64,000 nt of DNA from Vulcanimicrobiota bacterium (lineage in GTDB: Bacteria > Vulcanimicrobiota > Vulcanimicrobiia > Vulcanimicrobiales > Vulcanimicrobiaceae), in NCBI GenBank assembly GCA_963733295.1, contig CAVTCS010000003.1, positions 256,001 to 320,000 on the forward strand, given 5' to 3'. Both the position numbers and the translations under genes were made by a program. Below the pieces are notes generated by a model. It did not search any database, was not told the DNA's origin, and saw only the letters and a program-made list of their open reading frames with translations. Positions 58,764 to 64,000 of this stretch are shown here, piece after piece. Positions within the stretch are counted from its first letter, which is position 1; each line of letters opens with the position of its first letter.

Positions 58764-60718
58764 GTGGCGCAGGGGGCGGACCAAGCCTACGTCGCCCGCA
58801 TTCGCCGCAAATACGGCGGTGACGATGGAATGCGGCGCTACGTCGCGGCGCTGTACGAATTGCTGTCCGCGACCCTCGGCGCCGGAAAAAATGGTTCTGC
58901 GGGCGGGGAAACTCGACGCCCTCAAACTGATGCGATCCACCCAGTTGCCCGAGCGCATTTTGGCGCTCCAGCGGCTCGTTTTCGAAGATCCGACGCTCGA
59001 GCGGCTGCCCGTTCCCGGAAAACTCCGCGAGGCGATCGCCGAAATCGAAGACGGACTCGCCGATCTCGTCGCGCAGCGCGGTCCGTCGAGGACAAGATCG
59101 AGTCGCAAGGTCAGCTTGAAGATGGCCGAGCGCCACCAGGAGTACCTTGCGGAACTCAAACTCGAAGCGCTGCGTGAGGACGGAGGTCCCGAAACGCCGG
59201 CCACCCAGCGAAAGCTCGAGGAACTGGTCGAACTCGATGCGGCGAAAGCTGGCCGCCTCGGCCTTACAGCTGCTGCGTCCCGGGTCGCTCGGCGAGGTCG
59301 TCGGACAGCGCTCGGCGATCGCCTCGCTGCTGGCAAAGATCTCCTCGCCGTTTCCGCAGCACGTGCATTCTGTACGGGCCGCCGGGCGTCGGCAAGACGA
59401 CGGTTGCGCGGCTGGCGCTGGAAGAAGCGAAGCGGCGTGGGTACACGCCGTTCGCAGCCGATGCTCCGTTCGTCGAGGCGAGCGGCTCGACGCTGCGCTG
59501 GGATCCGCGCGAAACGACGAATCCGCTGCTCGGCAGCGTGCACGATCCGATCTATCAGGGAAGCCGTCGCGAGTTCGCCGAGGGCGGCATTCCCGAGCCG
59601 AAGCTTGGACTCGTGACCAAAGCGCACGGCGGGGTGCTGTTCATCGACGAGATCGGCGAGATGGACCCGCTGTTGCAGACGAAGCTGCTGAAGGTCCTCG
59701 AGGACAAACGCGTTTTGTTCGAGTCGTCCTATTACGATTCGAGCGATCCCAGCGTACCTGCGTACATTAAGAGACTTTTCGACGAAGGCGCGCCGGCCGA
59801 CTTCGTTTTGATCGGCGCGACGACGCGCGAGCCCGAGCGAGATCGATGCAGCGATCCGTTCGCGCTGCGCGGAGGTGTATTTCGAACCGCTCACCGAAGC
59901 GCAGGTTGGGGAAATCGTCGTGGGCGCGGCGAAGCGCCTGGGCGCAAAACTGGAGCGGCGGGTTGCGCAAACGATAGCTTCGTATACGATCGAGGGCCGC
60001 AAGGCGGTGCAGATCGTTGCCGACGCTCACGGTCACGCGCTCTATCGCGAGCGCGATAAGAAGAACTCCACTGCCGGGAAGCCGCCCGCGGTTACGATCA
60101 CGGAGCCGGACGTGCGGCTCGTCGTGCAGTCCGGCCGGCTCGTCCCTCACACGCCGGTGCGCGCGCGAAAGGCCCGCGAGGTCGGGAAGACCTTCGGCCT
60201 TGGAGTCTCGCACCACGTCGGCAGTCTGATCGAGATCGAAGCCGCCGCGTTTCCGGCACCGCAACCGCGTAAAGGCGTCGTCCGGTTCAACGAAACCGCC
60301 GGAACGATGGCGCGCGATAGCGTCTTCAACGCGAGCATCAGCGATCCGCTCGCTGATCGGCATCGACCCGCTCGACCACGATCTCCACGTCAACATCGTC
60401 GGCGGCGGCAACATCGACGGCCCTTCGGCCGGACTGGCGATTTTTCTCGCGCTCTACTCCGCGTTGACGCGAACGCGCCTGCCGCAGGACGTCGCGATCA
60501 CGGGCGAACTGTCGATTTCGGGTAAGGTCCGTCCGGTCGGCGGTATCGTCGAGAAAGTCTACGCCGCCCGGCAAGCGGGAATGCGCGCTCGTGCTCATCC
60601 CGAAAGAGAACGAGCGCGAGGTGGAACGCGCCTTCGGACCTCTTGAGATCCAACCGATCGGCACGATCGACGAAGCGCTCGAGATCCTCGCGCGTCACGC
60701 GCAAGGCGAAACGCTGAT
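58764..60718 (+). CDS. lonC: LonC-type ATP-dependent protease, broken by many frameshifts (probable sequencing errors)
   Basis: Pieces in different frames: LLRPGSLGEVVGQ, Walker A GPPGVGKTT, GSVHDPIYQG, GGVLFIDEIGE, Lon catalytic DGPSAG and VGGIVEKV; rplI-lonC-dnaB synteny. Confidence 0.85.
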
Positions 60719-62095
60719 GGCGACGATCGCTCCGGGGAGCGTCGGCGGAGCCGACCGCATTCCGCCCAACAACCTCGAAGCCGAGATGGCGGTCCTCGGC
60801 TCGATCCTGGTCGATCGCGAGATGATGGCGACGGTATCAGCGAGATCGTGGCGGAGCACGACTTTTACGCGCACGTGCACGAAACGATCTTCGGCGCGTT
60901 GCTGCAGCTCTACGAACGCGGCGAGCCGCTCGACAAGATCACCGTCGCGGAGGAATTGCGCCGGCGGTCCCTGCTCGAGAAGGTCGGCGGCATTCCGTAC
61001 CTCAGCTCGCTGATGGACATGGTTCCGACGGCGGCCTCGGCCGAATACTACGCGCACATCGTTCGCGAGAAGGCGGCGCTGCGCGGCTTGATCCATGCGG
61101 GCACCCAGATCACGCGCATCGGATTCGAGGACGAGGAGGACGTCGACGGCGCGCTCGACCGCAGCGAGCAGATCGTGTACGAGGTCGGCCGGCGCCAACG
61201 GACCGGCGATTTCAATCCGATCTACAAGTTGCTCAAAGGGACCTTCGAGCAGATCGATCGTCTCTATCACAGCCACGGTGACCGCACCGGCATTACCTCG
61301 GGCTTCCGCGACATCGATCACTATACCGCGGGGTTTCAACCCGGCAACTTCATCATCGTAGCGGCGCGCCCCGCGATGGGGAAGACGTCGATGGCCCTCA
61401 CGATGGCGGCCGCCGCCGCCAAAGACGTTCAGAAACCGATTGCGATCTTTTCGCTCGAGATGACGAACGAAGAGCTCGTCTCGAGGTTGCTATGCTCGGA
61501 GGCGCGCATCAACGCGCAAGACCTGCGCAAAGGCAACATCAAAGATCACGAATGGCAGAAGATCTCGGACGGCATGAGCGTGCTCTCGCAAGTCCCGATC
61601 TTCATCGACGATTCGGGCTCGATCACCGTCACCGAGATCCGCAGCCGCTGCCGGCGCTTGCAGTCCGCCGAGGGTCTCTCCGCGGTCTTCATCGACTATT
61701 TGCAGCTGCTGCGTCCCGGCTCGATGACGCGCTCGCAAAACCGGAACGACGAGCTCTCGGAGATCTGCCGCGTCCTCAAAGCGACGGCAAAAGATCTACA
61801 GGTTCCAATCATCGCGTTGGCTCAGCTCAACCGCGGCGTCGAGTCTCGCAACGACAAACGCCCGATGCTTTCGGATTTGCGCGATTCGGGTGCGATGGAG
61901 CAAGAAGCGGATATGGTCGCGTTCTTGTACCGCGAGGCGTACTACAACCCGGAGAGTGCGCCGGAGCCGGATCTGACCGAATTCATCATCGCCAAGCAAC
62001 GCAACGGCCCGACCGGAATGATCAAGCTCCGCTTCCTCAAAGAGTACACGCTCTTCGTTCCGTACGGCGAGAGCAGCCACTTCAGCGCGCCGTAG
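60717..62095 (+). CDS. dnaB: Replicative DNA helicase DnaB (one frameshift near 60838)
   Basis: PPNNLEAEMAVLGSIL in one frame, then AARPAMGKT, FSLEM, IDYLQL, AQLNR, SDLRDSGAMEQEAD, KQRNGPTG. Confidence 0.96.
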
Positions 62096-62099
62096 CGCG

Positions 62100-62654
62100 C
62101 TAGATGACCTTCGCTTCGGCGATTTCGTGAACTTCGGGGTCGCCGATGCCGTGGTGCAGATACGAGCGCGAGAGCTTCACGTATTCGGGTCCGGCGTGCT
62201 CGACCCAGCCGATCGCGGCGCCTTCGAGCTTTTTCTTGACCTGCGCGGGCGTGCCGGCCGCGACGCTTTCGGGCGGAATCTTTATCCCGACACCGACGAC
62301 GCTGCCGGCGGCGATGAGCGAGCGCCGTCCGATCGTCGCGTGGTTGAGCACGACTGCGTTGCTGCCGATGAGCGCGCCGCTCTCGACCACGCAGTCTTCG
62401 AGCACGGCGCAGTGACCGATCGTCACGTCGTCGCCGATAATCGTACTGCAGTCTTCGCTCACGTGGAGCACCGCGTTGTCCTGGACGTTGGACCGCGCGC
62501 CGATCCGGATCGGGCCATTGTCGGCGCGCACGACGGTGCCGAACCAGATGCTCGATCCCTCGCCGACCTCGACGTCTCCGATCAAGACGGCGGTCGGCGC
62601 CACGAAGGCCGTCTGGTGAACTTTCGGCGTCTTGCCCTTGTACTCGATGAACAT
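62100..62654 (-). CDS. Gamma carbonic anhydrase family protein (YrdA/CaiE-like)
   Basis: Hexapeptide repeats, IGDVEVG..SSIWFG.VVRAD, SNVQDNAVLH, VTIGH. Confidence 0.93.
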   Translation of the reverse strand: MFIEYKGKTPKVHQTAFVAPTAVLIGDVEVGEGSSIWFGTVVRADNGPIRIGARSNVQDNAVLHVSEDCSTIIGDDVTIGHCAVLEDCVVESGALIGSNAVVLNHATIGRRSLIAAGSVVGVGIKIPPESVAAGTPAQVKKKLEGAAIGWVEHAGPEYVKLSRSYLHHGIGDPEVHEIAEAKVI

Positions 62655-62683
62655 GCGGCCCCTCCGGCGAAGGGAGGACGGCT

Positions 62684-62935
62684 TTGCCCCACCGTCACCA
62701 AACGCCTTTGCGCGGCGTCAAGGCCGTGCCCCGTCCGCAGCCCGATAACCCCGACTACACTCCCGTGAACTACGCGTATGCCGGCCGCGAAGGCCACATC
62801 CACGAAGTCGTCACGATCGGTGGACGCCGCTTGGCGAAAGTCGGCTTCAACGATCGCAAGATCGTGTACTACCTGCTCGACGATCTCGAACTCGACGACA
62901 GCGCCCCGAAGGGCACCTTTCACGACTTAGCTTAG
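62684..62935 (+). CDS. Small hypothetical protein (SH3-like)
   Basis: 83 aa ORF with coding-like codon usage: GREGHIHEVV....RRLAKVGF.D.KIVYY. Confidence 0.5.
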   Translation: MPHRHQTPLRGVKAVPRPQPDNPDYTPVNYAYAGREGHIHEVVTIGGRRLAKVGFNDRKIVYYLLDDLELDDSAPKGTFHDLA

Positions 62936-63228
62936 CCGCGCGGAAGAAACCCGCGGTAGGGGCCGACCGGTACGTACGTAGCTTCGAGCATTCCGTTGGC
63001 GATCATCGGGAGCCGTTGCGTGACCAGCTTTGCCTCGTCAAGCGACGCGACTTCGAGCTGGAGGACGGCGCCGGGCACATCCTGACGGGAATAGATCGCG
63101 CGCACGTAGCCGTCGGCGTAAAGCCGGCGCGCCTCCTCGGCCTCAGGATCCAGCAGCTTCGCCATTGCGCCTTCATCGAAAGCTTCGGTACGTCGCCGCA
63201 TGAGCGCGAAAACGGTCACTCTTAGCAC
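62932..63228 (-). CDS. Muconolactone isomerase-like (dimeric alpha-beta barrel) protein
   Basis: EAEEARRLYADGYVRAIY, GAVLQLEVASLDEA....LPM; start approximate. Confidence 0.6.
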   Translation of the reverse strand: MLRVTVFALMRRRTEAFDEGAMAKLLDPEAEEARRLYADGYVRAIYSRQDVPGAVLQLEVASLDEAKLVTQRLPMIANGMLEATYVPVGPYRGFLPRG

Positions 63229-63245
63229 CCTTCCCTTAAAGCTGT

Positions 63246-63455
63246 TTAAAGCGTTCGTCGCGAGTTCTTCGCTACGTTTGCGAGGAGAACGATCGAAAGT
63301 CCCGCGAAGAGCAGCGGGCCTAACCACGATCCGGGGACTGCGGTGCGCGACGCGACCGCGATCACCGCGATCCAGAACGCGATCGCCGCCGCGAACTGCC
63401 AGTCCTCGACGAAGAGTCCGAGCAGCTCCGCTCCGAACTCGCGCGCCGCTTTCAT
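63246..63455 (-). CDS. Small membrane protein
   Basis: ELLGLFVEDW followed by two hydrophobic helices; coupled to the upstream membrane gene. Confidence 0.55.
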   Translation of the reverse strand: MKAAREFGAELLGLFVEDWQFAAAIAFWIAVIAVASRTAVPGSWLGPLLFAGLSIVLLANVAKNSRRTL

Positions 63456-64000
63456 CACGATACAGCTTTGCGCTGCGGGATGTTGCGTCGGGCGACCACG
63501 ATCGCCGTCAGCGCAACGAGCGCGTAGCCCGCGACCAGCGCGAGCAGTGCGAAATCGCCGGAAGGCCACTCGATTCCGAGCCCCTCGCCCGTCCAAAACG
63601 TTCCGAAGGCCGAGAGCATGACGCCGACGGCGAATTTCAAACCGTTTTCCGGCACTTGCGACAGCGGCCTCCGCAGCGAAATGCCCGCGCCGGCGACGAG
63701 CGCGCCGGCTGCCGCCGCACCGAGCGCGGCGGGCACCAGCCCGCCACTCGAGGCGCCTACCGCGATCACGATAAAGACGACCTCGAGCCCTTCGAGAACG
63801 ACCGCGTTGAACGCCATCAGGATGCCGGTCCTATCGGTGGAGCTGCCCGGTGCGCCGTCACCCGCAAGCCGTCGAGTGTGAGCCGCATAGATCGCGCTCT
63901 CGTCGTGGAAGGCGATGGCCCCGCCGTAGCGCAAGACGGCCTTTCGCAACCAGCGCATCCCGAACAACAGCAGCAAAACGCCGACCGCCGACTGCAGAGC
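63455..64000 (-). CDS. COG4280 / TMEM165-GDT1-like membrane protein, 5' partial
   Basis: LLFGMRWLRKAVLR, VVLEGLEVVFIV, VPENGLKFAVGVML..FGTFW.GEG. Confidence 0.8.
   Translation of the reverse strand, partial: ALQSAVGVLLLLFGMRWLRKAVLRYGGAIAFHDESAIYAAHTRRLAGDGAPGSSTDRTGILMAFNAVVLEGLEVVFIVIAVGASSGGLVPAALGAAAAGALVAGAGISLRRPLSQVPENGLKFAVGVMLSAFGTFWTGEGLGIEWPSGDFALLALVAGYALVALTAIVVARRNIPQRKAVS

Noticed and set aside
58764..60718. lonC as a true pseudogene or programmed frameshifting site
   Set aside because: Indels continue into essential dnaB, motifs are intact and no slippery sequences are evident; sequencing error is more likely
60591..61013. Apparent Lon-DnaB fusion ORF
   Set aside because: Lies inside the indel-rich stretch; a TGA overlapping the dnaB ATG (CTGATG) fits a normal coupled stop/start

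Overview
High-GC bacterial chromosome segment with Terrabacteria-type housekeeping synteny (greA-lysS, truA-rplM-rpsI, secD-secF-[helicase]-apt-rel, rpsF-ssb...rpsR-rplI-lonC-dnaB). Gene content suggests Eremiobacterota/WPS-2, but that is inference only. Two systems stand out. (1) A ~16 kb, strongly reduced and divergent flagellum-derived type III export cluster (14.6-30.9 kb). It has a complete export gate and ATPase (fliP, Q, R, flhB, flhA, fliI, fliH), miniaturised rod/C-ring parts, an apparent FliF-FliG(middle domain) fusion with no torque domain, and a FliM-like protein with no CheY-binding peptide. No hook, filament or stator genes occur in the window, so it may be a non-motile secretion machine. 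(2) A ~15.6 kb accessory block splitting the usual rpsF-ssb-rpsR operon. It carries a three-subunit thiocyanate-hydrolase-like enzyme (CTLCSCYPR), a clade-D beta carbonic anhydrase (candidate COS hydrolase), a persulfide dioxygenase-rhodanese, a SorAB-type sulfite dehydrogenase, a peroxiredoxin and glutamine synthetase: a plausible thiocyanate-to-sulfate-plus-ammonium pathway. Also seen: an IS1202/ISNCY-like remnant, a HIRAN-RecQ-like helicase at the usual recJ position, a greA leader terminator, and a run of frameshifts in lonC/dnaB that looks like assembly error. No CRISPR array, rRNA or tRNA was recognised. All calls rest on motif recognition by eye; no database searches were run.
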